From the IMG/VR virus record IMGVR_UViG_3300042558_004043: DNA of 64,000 nt. One strand, written 5' to 3'. Each line of letters opens with the position of its first letter. Position 1 is the first letter of the stretch. A program made the translations under genes and the position numbers. Shown piece by piece: positions 54,674-64,000 of this stretch. The DNA comes from a virus. Its lineage: Duplodnaviria > Caudoviricetes. Below the pieces are notes generated by a model. That model did no database searches, was not told the origin of the DNA, and saw only the letters and a program-made list of their open reading frames with translations.

Positions 54674-55499
54674 GATTCTTTAACGCCTTCATTAATTGTG
54701 TTAAACTAATACCTTCTTTTTCCGCCAATTTTTTAATGGATTTTAAATTATTCATTAAAATTTTGCTAAGTGAAGAATCTTTACCTACCACCTCAGAGTC
54801 ATCCTTGGATTTTTTGGTAATAATGTCCTCAACCATTTTAACCATTTTTTGTTTTTGTACCTCTGACAACTTTTCTTTCTCAACAATTCTTTGTTTTAAT
54901 TTGCCGTTCTTTCTTTTAACGTCTTTTAACTTTCCAAATTGTTTTGTTCTCTCTACGGGATTATCAACTCCCATATCTTTTAAAGTGTTCACTGTTCCTT
55001 GATAATCTTTGTCTTTTGTTTCTTCATATCCAAAAGCGTCTTCCATATTCACCTCAGAAACAACATTGTCATCCTTTTCTTCACTTTCTCCATAATATAC
55101 ACGATAACCTCTTGTTACAGGGTCATTGGTTACTCTTGACATACCAATTGTTTGGTCCAAAGTTTTTCTTGGATGTAATGTCATATCTAGTGGTGGTATC
55201 TTAGAACCTAACATTGTTCCATCTGCATCAATTATCTCATCAATCTCACCATCTTTCTCAATTGATTTTAAAGCATTATCTACATTTTTTTTACTCAATT
55301 TTTGTCTTGAGTTTAAAATTTTCTCGATAGTTTTTTTCAACTTATTTTCATGTTTTTTATTAAACACTTTTTTTTCATCTTTTTTTCGTGATTCTGTTAA
55401 AGTTTCTGCGATTGTATAATATAAAGAAATTGTCTCTCCTCTATCTTTCAAGAAGAAATAACGACCATTACTAAAATATTCGGTATTGTAATTAATCAT
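54666..55499 (-). CDS. Hypothetical protein (277 aa)
   Basis: First gene of the minus-strand block; TATTTAT motif 11 nt upstream. Confidence 0.7.
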   Translation of the reverse strand: MINYNTEYFSNGRYFFLKDRGETISLYYTIAETLTESRKKDEKKVFNKKHENKLKKTIEKILNSRQKLSKKNVDNALKSIEKDGEIDEIIDADGTMLGSKIPPLDMTLHPRKTLDQTIGMSRVTNDPVTRGYRVYYGESEEKDDNVVSEVNMEDAFGYEETKDKDYQGTVNTLKDMGVDNPVERTKQFGKLKDVKRKNGKLKQRIVEKEKLSEVQKQKMVKMVEDIITKKSKDDSEVVGKDSSLSKILMNNLKSIKKLAEKEGISLTQLMKALKNHE

Positions 55500-55510
55500 A
55501 TCTTTTTACA

Positions 55511-55537
55511 ATAAATACTTCGTTACAATGTATTTAT
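55511..55537. promoter_or_regulatory. Divergent pair of TATTTAT motifs
   Basis: ATAAATA at 55511-55517 (TATTTAT on minus, 11 nt from ATG 55499) and TATTTAT at 55531-55537 (12 nt from ATG 55550). Confidence 0.6.
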
Positions 55538-55549
55538 CAATAAAAAAGA

Positions 55550-58500
55550 ATGGCGGGTCAGAATATTAATCAATACGTTTACCCAAATTTAAATCCGAAG
55601 TTAGCGTTAGAGAGTTATGATATGTCTTTAACCTCTGATGAAAGAGGTTTTAATATGGAGGTAGTGTTTTCTCCGTATTTGATTGCCCAAACTTATGGTA
55701 ATAGACTTCCATTCTATTTTGATATTAATAGTTCAATAACTAACCAAAAATTTACTTTAAATTATAAAGAGTATAACAGAAATAATATTTTTGTTTCTGA
55801 AAATTATTATAACATAAATAATGAGGATTTAACTTGTTATTCTGCTCAGACATCTTGTGATATTGGGTTAACGGGTATCGATAATGGACTCGTTACGGGA
55901 ATGACAGGATATTCAATTACATTTACAAAGGGTTTATTTTCAGACGGATTAAAATTTGAAAGATTATATTTTGATAGAAGATTAAAGTTATTTCAAGTAA
56001 CCGCTAATACCAACTCACCAAATGTTAGATTTTCAGGGTTTCCAAATACTGTTTTATATGAAGTTGTAAGTAAATACGGTCAAACCGAAGGATTATATCA
56101 CGAATTGTATGGTGGTTTCTATCAAGGTTTTTATCGGTTATTTGATTATGATTATGATATTTTCCCTGAAAGAGTAAATAAGGGTTGGACAATAGAGTTA
56201 TTATTAAAACCTAGATTAGTTAGTGAATATTTCCCCGGACCTAACGAAACAACACTAAACTTATTATATCCTGAGAATGCAAATACATTCTTTTATTTAG
56301 GGACAAGAGCAGAAAATAAATTCTACCACCACGCTGACGGAACCCCAAATTGTTTTACAGGTTATACAAGATTTACATCACCTTTAACCGGAATATCAAC
56401 TTGTGCTTGTTGTAACAGAACTGTAACAAATAGTAGATGTATATATGTTTATCCACCACGTTCTAAAAATGGAGTTCACGATACCCACGTTAATTATGGA
56501 TGTGACAAATGTGGTTCGGATAAAATGACCCAAGCAACATGTGGATGTGGTTGCGATAAAATCGCATGTGCAACATGTGGATGGGAATGTCAAATTCACG
56601 AATGTGCGGTTATAGTAGAAGTTACACCAACTCCCACCCCAACACCAACCTCAACCCTAAGTAATTGTATATTACCTCCAGTTTGTACCCCAACATGTAA
56701 TACATGTTCAAACTGTACAGATTGTGTTGATTGTGTTTATACAGGATTTTCATCGATTGAAAATACTTGTGAAGTTGACCCAAAAATGGATGTGTTATCA
56801 AACAATATTTCATTTAGACTTTGTGGAGACCCAAAAAATCCGGGTATTGGAATAAGAGCAATTAAATTTACAGGGGGATGTGAGACAACGGGTTCTTGCG
56901 AAACTTCAGGAATTACATATACCACAGGTTATACGATATTAGATTACTGCACACCACCAATATATGAATATTGTCAAAATATAAATTATTCGTTCATAGA
57001 ACAAGAACATTGGTTCCAACTTGATGCGGTTTGGGAAAGATATACATGGTTAGATACTTGTGATTTATGGTATAGAGGAGGATTGGGAGATATTACAAAA
57101 AAGGTTTATTTAGAATCACTGGCAAACAATTCGGTTTCTTTAATTGATTCTTCTCATACAAGAATGGACCCTAAGTCCACTTTAGAAATTGATATTGTAA
57201 GTTTAAACGAAAAATGGTTACTTGAAGAAAATTTTAGAAAAGGTAGGTTAAAAATCTATATTAATGGTAAACTCTTTTACACCATTGAGGATTTTGAAGA
57301 GATAATACCAAGAGCTCTTAATACCGATAAAGAAAAACAAGTCGGGGTTCCATTTAACGTATCATGGGGTGGTGGAACACAAGGATTGAGAGAAAATTTA
57401 ACATTTAACCCTAAGCCGGCTTGTGACATTGTATTTGGTATTGAAGTAGATTTATTATTATCAGGTTTTATTAGTGAAGGTTCAATAAATGCTCAGTATG
57501 TTTTAACATCAGGATTACCATATAAAGATGAAATACAAGTAAGTTTTAGAAATATTCTTAATAGAAAGAATGGTGGTCATTATGAGATTGATAGTAAAGT
57601 TATTATACCTCCTTTTGGAATTTCAGGAGTTACATATGAAACTTTAAATGAAAACTTTAATGATTTGGATGGAACGGGATATTACCTTAATGTCGAGGTG
57701 TTCCCAAAAACAATTATATCAAATTTTGATGTTGTTTCTGATGTTATATTTTTATCACCTACCCCAACACCAACTCCACCGGTTACTCCTACCACAACTC
57801 CAACACAAACTGAAACTCCAACTCCTACCCCAACAAATACTGAAACTCCAACTCCTACCCCAACATTCACACCAACCCCTGAGCAGGTTATAACAGATGC
57901 GATAATAACTAATGAAGTTGAATACATCGATGTTGGAAATGGGTTTTACTTGAAATTCATTGACCCTGAAGTTTTAGATAATCCGATACTAACGGATAAT
58001 GATGAATATATAATTGTTGGCAATTCCCTTTATTTAAAATATATTAACCCATCACCAATACCACCCCCAAGTAATACTCCAACCCCAACGTTTACTCAAA
58101 CACCAACCCCTACTTGTATACCATTTATTAATACTATCATTATTTCTAATGGTTCATATGTCGCCACTAATGGAACTTATGCAAGAAATAACTCTTCATC
58201 AGTTTTTACTCAATTGAGCGGAACTGGCGTTATATTTTTTGGTGGGGATGCATGGTATGTCAATTCAGGACCTGCTGGAAATGTTGCTTGGAATACCTCT
58301 CAATTAGGGACAGGAACTTGGTCTCCTTTGCCACCAGGAAATTCATCAGGAATTATTGCAGAATATTATTATTATAATTGTGTAACACCTACAACAACTC
58401 CAACTGTAACCCAGACCCCTACAAATACTGAAACACCAACACCCACACCAACCCCAAGTCCATCAGAACCATTATATCCTCTTACCATAAACATTCAATC

Positions 58501-59065
58501 AATGAGTGGAGGTGAGTCAGTTATATTTGAAGGAATAACTTATACGGCAAATACTACTGTAAACATTTTAATTAATACTCCTTATCTTATTGATGGGGTA
58601 CCGTCTCCAGGATATATATTAACTGGATGGGGTAGTATTGGCGGTGTTTCATTTGAGTTCTTGTCAGGAAACACTTGGACTTTTTCAATGAATTTTACAG
58701 GTGGCTCGAGTATTACCCCTCAATATGAAGAGATTCCAACACCTACACCTACGATAACTCCATCAATAACTCCAACTACAACAATAACCCCAACTCCGTC
58801 ATTAACCCCAAATTGTGTTCGTCAAATAGTTGTTCCAACATTATGGAATGGGGCAACTAGTATAAACAGTAATACACTTCAATTAACTCAGACTTCAGAA
58901 ACTTTACAAATACAAGTGAATGATGTTATAACAGATAATATTGGGGCAACAAGTTTTGTTGGAATTGTATCTTCAGACGGAACTTATACATACGTATTTA
59001 CAGGACCTGGTGGTGGGGTTTCATTTGATTGTGATTTCCCATTAACATTTTCTGGAACTTGTTAA
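55550..59065 (+). CDS. Structural protein (1171 aa) with Cys-rich segment and Thr/Pro tracts
   Basis: LamG-like strands (GWTIELLLKP...KIYINGK) flanking a Cys-rich insert; several TPTPT tracts; preceded by TATTTAT. Confidence 0.7.
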   Translation: MAGQNINQYVYPNLNPKLALESYDMSLTSDERGFNMEVVFSPYLIAQTYGNRLPFYFDINSSITNQKFTLNYKEYNRNNIFVSENYYNINNEDLTCYSAQTSCDIGLTGIDNGLVTGMTGYSITFTKGLFSDGLKFERLYFDRRLKLFQVTANTNSPNVRFSGFPNTVLYEVVSKYGQTEGLYHELYGGFYQGFYRLFDYDYDIFPERVNKGWTIELLLKPRLVSEYFPGPNETTLNLLYPENANTFFYLGTRAENKFYHHADGTPNCFTGYTRFTSPLTGISTCACCNRTVTNSRCIYVYPPRSKNGVHDTHVNYGCDKCGSDKMTQATCGCGCDKIACATCGWECQIHECAVIVEVTPTPTPTPTSTLSNCILPPVCTPTCNTCSNCTDCVDCVYTGFSSIENTCEVDPKMDVLSNNISFRLCGDPKNPGIGIRAIKFTGGCETTGSCETSGITYTTGYTILDYCTPPIYEYCQNINYSFIEQEHWFQLDAVWERYTWLDTCDLWYRGGLGDITKKVYLESLANNSVSLIDSSHTRMDPKSTLEIDIVSLNEKWLLEENFRKGRLKIYINGKLFYTIEDFEEIIPRALNTDKEKQVGVPFNVSWGGGTQGLRENLTFNPKPACDIVFGIEVDLLLSGFISEGSINAQYVLTSGLPYKDEIQVSFRNILNRKNGGHYEIDSKVIIPPFGISGVTYETLNENFNDLDGTGYYLNVEVFPKTIISNFDVVSDVIFLSPTPTPTPPVTPTTTPTQTETPTPTPTNTETPTPTPTFTPTPEQVITDAIITNEVEYIDVGNGFYLKFIDPEVLDNPILTDNDEYIIVGNSLYLKYINPSPIPPPSNTPTPTFTQTPTPTCIPFINTIIISNGSYVATNGTYARNNSSSVFTQLSGTGVIFFGGDAWYVNSGPAGNVAWNTSQLGTGTWSPLPPGNSSGIIAEYYYYNCVTPTTTPTVTQTPTNTETPTPTPTPSPSEPLYPLTINIQSMSGGESVIFEGITYTANTTVNILINTPYLIDGVPSPGYILTGWGSIGGVSFEFLSGNTWTFSMNFTGGSSITPQYEEIPTPTPTITPSITPTTTITPTPSLTPNCVRQIVVPTLWNGATSINSNTLQLTQTSETLQIQVNDVITDNIGATSFVGIVSSDGTYTYVFTGPGGGVSFDCDFPLTFSGTC

Positions 59066-59105
59066 AACAACATAATAAACTAATGATATTTATAAAATAA
59101 AAAAC

Positions 59106-62100
59106 ATGTCACTAACAGGAAAAACCATAGGCCAATTAACCTTATTAGGAACTCCAACTGCGGATACTTTAATTCCGGTTGAATATAATGATGCAACGTA
59201 TCATATTGAGTTCTCATCAATAACTTCTAACTCAACAGTTGAGGTAACTTACTCTGAACTTGTTGATAAAATTACTGGTGAGACATTAAACACAGGAAGT
59301 TATTATATCATAACCGACTTTAGAACTTGTTATGACCAACCTGATTTTAATGTTAATGGTGCTCCAATCACCACTGGTAATTATAAACAATCAGATGTTG
59401 AACCTATTGTAGTTTTTGCAACAAGTGCAAACACAATTAGTACTACGGCTTATCAACCATTATATCCAAATGATAGAATTCAATATGATTGGACGTGGAA
59501 TATGACAGAGGTTACCTCAGGAACTTCTTATGGTAGAATTACTGAAAGAATTGATGAGTTCAATAACAGAACAGATTATGACCATAGAACGATTTTATTC
59601 AAAAGATATCGTTTGTATACCTATAGAGAAGGACTACGTTTAAATGGTACTATAGAATTATTTAATAATGGTATTGTTAGTGGTACTAGCACATCTTTTA
59701 CTGCGTTAACCGTTGGTGATGTTGTTTATATACCTAATGCCGACCCTAGTTATTATGAAATTATTGGTATAACAGGTAACACAAGTATGAGAGTTTCTGG
59801 CGATACAATAGGTACTACTGGAACAGGTTCAACGTTTTATTTAGCGGTTGACGAAAATAACGATGGTGGTGGATATTTCAGTTATAAAAGAACAAATGTT
59901 AAAACAAATGATTTTATTGAATATACAACATTTGGTGATGCGATTGATGAAAGTTTCGCTAAAAATAACTACATAGGTAATTTTGCAAATATTCATACAA
60001 ATATTGACCCACCATACACTTTTTTATTAGCCAACAATGTGTTTATAGAAGGTCATTATTTAAGTAACAAATTTGGTGATTGGTGTTTTAATAATACTTT
60101 TGGTACTGATAATGAAAATAATATTTGGGGAGATTGGTGTTATCAAAATGTATCAACGAATGATATTGACTTTAATATTATTGGACATTATTTTCACGAT
60201 AACCTAATAAATACTAATTTAACTTCAAATAATATTGGTAACAATTTTAACAATAATCAACTATTAGGTGAAAATAGTGAGGATTTTGAGGATAACATAA
60301 TTGGTAACGGTTTTAATAATAATATTATTTATTCTAGGTTTTATAAAAATGAAATATTAGATAATTTTAACGATAATGTAATTGGTGATTTTGGTAACTT
60401 AGATGATTATGAATTTTACAGAAATTATATCCGTAATAATTTTAATCAAAATATTATAAGAGATGATTTCCAAAATAACCAAATAGGAAGTAATTTCAAT
60501 AATAACACTATAAATGGTGAATTTATTGGTAATACAATATTGAATGGTTTTAATAATAATCAAACTGGTGATTATTTTGCTCTAAATAATATTGGTAATG
60601 GGTACAATAATAACAATGTATATGATAATTTCAGAAATAATAGCACAGATTATTATTTTTACAATAACATAATTAGCAATAATTTTAATGAAAACAATGT
60701 AGGGATAGATTTTCAAGATAATAGACCTTATAACTATACTCTATTTGGTTGGAATAATTTATCAACAGTATCAACAAGAAATTACGAGCTTTTTTATGAC
60801 GCTATTGACACTGATTTTAATGATAAAGTATTAGGTAAAGAATTTGTGATGAAAATAATTTCAACATCACAATACTTTAAAATTAAATTTACTCAATGGA
60901 CAAGTGGTAATGGAGGTGGATTCCAATATGAAAGACAAGAAATTGATTTTAGCGGTAGCCCTATAGGTAATTCAATTACTTTTAACAAAACAAACGGAGG
61001 TTCTGAAGTTGACATTATTGTTGAGGGTGTTGTTGAAATAACTAGAGGTGATTCAGATGGTATTTATAATATTGCAACAGAAGGGTCGTGGAATTCTGGC
61101 GTTTCACCACAGGATACTGAATGGAACTCAATTTACACACAAACAAATAATGGTAATAATTTTAGAAATAATGTAATTGGTAATAATTTTGAGGATAATA
61201 TCATAGGTGATAATTTCGAAGATAATCAAATTGGTTTTGATTTTCAAAATAACGAAATTACAAATGACTTCAATAAAAATGAAATTGCTTCTGGATTCAA
61301 TAATAATTCAATAAGTGGAGAGACATCCACAAATAGAATCGGTGAACAATTTGAAAACAATACAATATATGGTGATTTTTATGATAACCAAATATTCAAC
61401 GAATTTAAAGGTAATATAACGTATGAGAGTTTTTACAAAAATAGATTAGATTGGGGATTTGGAGGAAATCAAATTAGTGGGTATTGTGGCGAGAATACCT
61501 TCGGACCCATGATTGATAGTAATGACTTTTTGGGTGATGTTTACCAAAATACATTTAAAGGCGGTGTTTTTTCAAACACTATTGGTAATAATTTTGCCAA
61601 TAACAATATCGGTGTCGGTTTTAGTGGTAACATAATAGGTGAAGGTTTTGGAAACGGATATAACGCACCACAAGGTAATACCATAGGTAATTATTTTTAT
61701 GATAATACAATAGGTGAGTATTTCTATAACAATACAATTGCTGATAATTTTCACGATAATGAAGTTGGAAATTATTTCCAATGGAATGTAATTAACACAA
61801 ATATAGATACTACTTATTTCACACTTAATTACGGAAATATTACAGGATTTAGTTATACCGCAGCAGGAACAGGGGCAACAAATAATACTTATTCCGGAAT
61901 ACAGGCATGTGGCACCACTCAATCAATGGGTGTCGATGCATCATTTAATGTTGAGGTTTCAGGTGGAACAGTAATTGGTGTTAGTGGAAACAGTGAAGGT
62001 AGATTGTATCAAAATAATGATGAACTAACAATACTTGGAACTCAAATTGGAGGTGTAACCGGTGTTATTGATGGATTCTCAAGTGACGCTGTCGGTAAAT

Positions 62101-62756
62101 CAGGAACTACTGGAACATATGATAATGTATTTGCACAAGGTACTGGTGCGGGTGAGAACGGAAGTTTTAATATTATTGTTGTTGATGATTTAGTTGATAG
62201 TATATCATTAAGTGGTGGAGGAAGTTCATATTTGATTGGGGATGTATTAACCATTGACGGTAGTGTATTTGGTGGTGTTGATGGCGTTGATGACATCACA
62301 ATAACCGTTAGCTCAATTTATTCTGATGATATTGTAATTACAGTAACTGGTACAACATCAGGTTCTTCATTCTATCAACATTACACCAAACAAATTTTTG
62401 AAAGAAGATTAGGTGACAAAAGAGTATCTTTTTATGATGAAGATGATATCTTAAATGTTGATTCAGTATATGAAATCTTAGGTTATATTCCAGGGTATAG
62501 TCAACCTATATCATTCCCCCTCAATAATTCAAGTTTTGAGTTTGAATGTGATGGAAACTATACTAATAATGGTGCCACTAGCGGGTTTAACTCGGATAAT
62601 GCGCAGGAACTGGTGTCATATTTTAATAGTAACTATAGGTCATTTGGATATTTCTTTGATAATAATGATGGAACTATTGGTTTATACATTAACCCACCAT
62701 TAAAACAACAATACTGTCCAAGTGGAACATACTCAATTTATGTATTTAACGATTAA
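59106..62756 (+). CDS. Tail fibre/spike-like protein with Asn-rich IGNNF beta-helix repeats
   Basis: Two blocks of ~10-aa N..IG..F.N repeats; N-terminal MSLTGKTIGQL...D..IPV; GGSSYLIGDVLTI modules. Confidence 0.7.
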   Translation: MSLTGKTIGQLTLLGTPTADTLIPVEYNDATYHIEFSSITSNSTVEVTYSELVDKITGETLNTGSYYIITDFRTCYDQPDFNVNGAPITTGNYKQSDVEPIVVFATSANTISTTAYQPLYPNDRIQYDWTWNMTEVTSGTSYGRITERIDEFNNRTDYDHRTILFKRYRLYTYREGLRLNGTIELFNNGIVSGTSTSFTALTVGDVVYIPNADPSYYEIIGITGNTSMRVSGDTIGTTGTGSTFYLAVDENNDGGGYFSYKRTNVKTNDFIEYTTFGDAIDESFAKNNYIGNFANIHTNIDPPYTFLLANNVFIEGHYLSNKFGDWCFNNTFGTDNENNIWGDWCYQNVSTNDIDFNIIGHYFHDNLINTNLTSNNIGNNFNNNQLLGENSEDFEDNIIGNGFNNNIIYSRFYKNEILDNFNDNVIGDFGNLDDYEFYRNYIRNNFNQNIIRDDFQNNQIGSNFNNNTINGEFIGNTILNGFNNNQTGDYFALNNIGNGYNNNNVYDNFRNNSTDYYFYNNIISNNFNENNVGIDFQDNRPYNYTLFGWNNLSTVSTRNYELFYDAIDTDFNDKVLGKEFVMKIISTSQYFKIKFTQWTSGNGGGFQYERQEIDFSGSPIGNSITFNKTNGGSEVDIIVEGVVEITRGDSDGIYNIATEGSWNSGVSPQDTEWNSIYTQTNNGNNFRNNVIGNNFEDNIIGDNFEDNQIGFDFQNNEITNDFNKNEIASGFNNNSISGETSTNRIGEQFENNTIYGDFYDNQIFNEFKGNITYESFYKNRLDWGFGGNQISGYCGENTFGPMIDSNDFLGDVYQNTFKGGVFSNTIGNNFANNNIGVGFSGNIIGEGFGNGYNAPQGNTIGNYFYDNTIGEYFYNNTIADNFHDNEVGNYFQWNVINTNIDTTYFTLNYGNITGFSYTAAGTGATNNTYSGIQACGTTQSMGVDASFNVEVSGGTVIGVSGNSEGRLYQNNDELTILGTQIGGVTGVIDGFSSDAVGKSGTTGTYDNVFAQGTGAGENGSFNIIVVDDLVDSISLSGGGSSYLIGDVLTIDGSVFGGVDGVDDITITVSSIYSDDIVITVTGTTSGSSFYQHYTKQIFERRLGDKRVSFYDEDDILNVDSVYEILGYIPGYSQPISFPLNNSSFEFECDGNYTNNGATSGFNSDNAQELVSYFNSNYRSFGYFFDNNDGTIGLYINPPLKQQYCPSGTYSIYVFND

Positions 62757-62778
62757 AAACTAAAAAAATAAAAATAGA

Positions 62779-63744
62779 ATGACAACAAAATATATTGTAA
62801 ATAACGTATCGGGACAAACCATAAATGGTGATATAACTATCAATGGAAACTTGGTTGTTACAGGAACAACAACTAATATAGGTTTTGTAAACTACAGTGC
62901 TTTATTAACTCAAACCGAACAAATAACAGGAACCAGTATAACTGATTTCAATTATTCTTTAATAATTGGTGAAGAATATACTATAACAAATTACGTATCG
63001 GGTGATAGTTTTAGTAATGTTGCACAAGTCACTAGTGGAAATATAAACGAAACTGATTGTGTTTTTATTGCTACAGGTAGTACTCCTTCGATTTGGAGTA
63101 ATGGTTCTGAATTAGTATCAAGTGGTGATTTAGTTGTTGATGTATTAGAAAATACTCTTGGTTTTGATTTAACTTGGGATATGAATCCGGGGCCTGGCTC
63201 AGGTGTTTATTTTGTATACAACGATATTACAGGGCCGACTTATAATACTTTTGAGAGAGATAAAACATCGGTAATTACCCAATTGACATTTTACCCCGCA
63301 CCTGTTAGTTTAATTTCCGTTTACGCACAACCAGGGTTTTTAGTAACAAAAGATGATATTGTTTATGTACTTGTTACCGATTTAGACTCAGGTCAACCAA
63401 CTGATAACAGATTATATTACACACCCGTAGAAATTAAAATTAAACGAGATACAAACACAACACCTATTGTGGTAAGTGGAACTGTTGAGTCAAGTTATTC
63501 TTTTAATAATGTTAGTGTTGAGTTAAAATGCGACGGTTCATTTATTGAAGACTTTATTGGTGACGGCACTACGGTAAATGATATAACGGAGTTAATTGCT
63601 CAATTAAATACTAATGAAGTTACGGCGTTTTTGGGTACTTACTCGGATGCCGGTGACGGAGGAGTTCTTCTATCAATTGCAACAAACAAAGCAAATCAAT
63701 TCTGTTCGACAGGAACATTAAGTTTTGAAGTTTATTCAGATTAA
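62779..63744 (+). CDS. Hypothetical fibre-associated protein (321 aa)
   Basis: N-terminal QTINGDITINGNLVVTG beta repeat, Y.ALLTQT motif; C-terminus paralogous to that of the preceding gene. Confidence 0.7.
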   Translation: MTTKYIVNNVSGQTINGDITINGNLVVTGTTTNIGFVNYSALLTQTEQITGTSITDFNYSLIIGEEYTITNYVSGDSFSNVAQVTSGNINETDCVFIATGSTPSIWSNGSELVSSGDLVVDVLENTLGFDLTWDMNPGPGSGVYFVYNDITGPTYNTFERDKTSVITQLTFYPAPVSLISVYAQPGFLVTKDDIVYVLVTDLDSGQPTDNRLYYTPVEIKIKRDTNTTPIVVSGTVESSYSFNNVSVELKCDGSFIEDFIGDGTTVNDITELIAQLNTNEVTAFLGTYSDAGDGGVLLSIATNKANQFCSTGTLSFEVYSD

Positions 63745-63756
63745 AAATAAAATAAT

Positions 63757-64000
63757 ATGAGAATATGTATATTATGTGAAGAATCAAAAGTTTCACAAGC
63801 AAGAGAAAAAATGAAAAATGATAATATCTTAAAAATAGATTTATCACCAACAGGAGAATTGCCGGCAACTCACAAATTATGTGTTATGGCGGTTCCCGAA
63901 GAAAGGGCAAAAGAACTTATGGACTCAGCCGAACTAACAATAATTGAGGCAATGAACCCAAAGGAATTTTTGGCAAAACACAATTTGAAAAAGATTGGAA
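63757..64000 (+). CDS. Hypothetical protein, partial (runs off window end)
   Basis: ATG at 63757 opens MRICILCEESKVSQAREKMK...; no stop before 64000. Confidence 0.65.
   Translation, partial: MRICILCEESKVSQAREKMKNDNILKIDLSPTGELPATHKLCVMAVPEERAKELMDSAELTIIEAMNPKEFLAKHNLKKIG

Noticed and set aside
1-64000. Alternative genetic code (stop-codon recoding)
   Set aside because: ORFs of up to 3998 aa and conserved enzymes read through intact with standard stops, and TGA terminates genes at sensible positions.
1-64000. tRNA or rRNA genes
   Set aside because: Intergenic gaps are short and no cloverleaf with T-loop/D-loop consensus was seen by eye; tRNAscan-SE would confirm.

Overview
This is a 64-kb, AT-rich segment of a large T4-like (myovirus-type) bacteriophage, most likely infecting Bacteroidota. 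Host clues: SD-less A-rich leaders, a TTTG-N19-TATATTTG host-type promoter, a Bacteroidota-like bS21, and signal peptides cleaved before Gln. On the + strand it holds the head module (probable portal C-terminus, antisense ribosomal protein bS21, gp21-type prohead protease, scaffold, 621-aa gp23-type major capsid protein). A terminator-bounded cassette encoding a secreted non-specific nuclease and a secreted S8 protease follows. Then come two giant mosaic virion/adhesin-like genes (3998 and 2668 aa), small probable head-internal proteins, an HNH-type endonuclease and an overlapping spanin-like pair. A long minus-strand block (about 33.4-55.5 kb) carries PG-binding proteins, a baseplate spike-like protein, a gp55-like sigma factor and a glycan-synthesis cluster (4-5 glycosyltransferases, Gmd, two FkbM methyltransferases). 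PhoH, dUTPase, a DEDD exonuclease, a degenerate HAD protein and a WYL protein are interspersed or adjacent. The window ends with + strand fibre-like genes. Most notable observations: (1) a recurrent sense-strand TATTTAT motif, the reverse complement of the T4 late promoter core, in front of at least 12 genes; (2) both nuclease start codons are buried in hairpins that contain this motif; (3) mucin-like Thr/Pro tracts in virion proteins co-occur with a motif-led glycosylation cluster; (4) an ~190-aa module is copied into two unrelated giant proteins; (5) a family of proteins carries putative prohead-protease-cleaved leaders. No tRNA, rRNA or CRISPR array was recognised. All family assignments come from motif recognition by eye, not from database searches.
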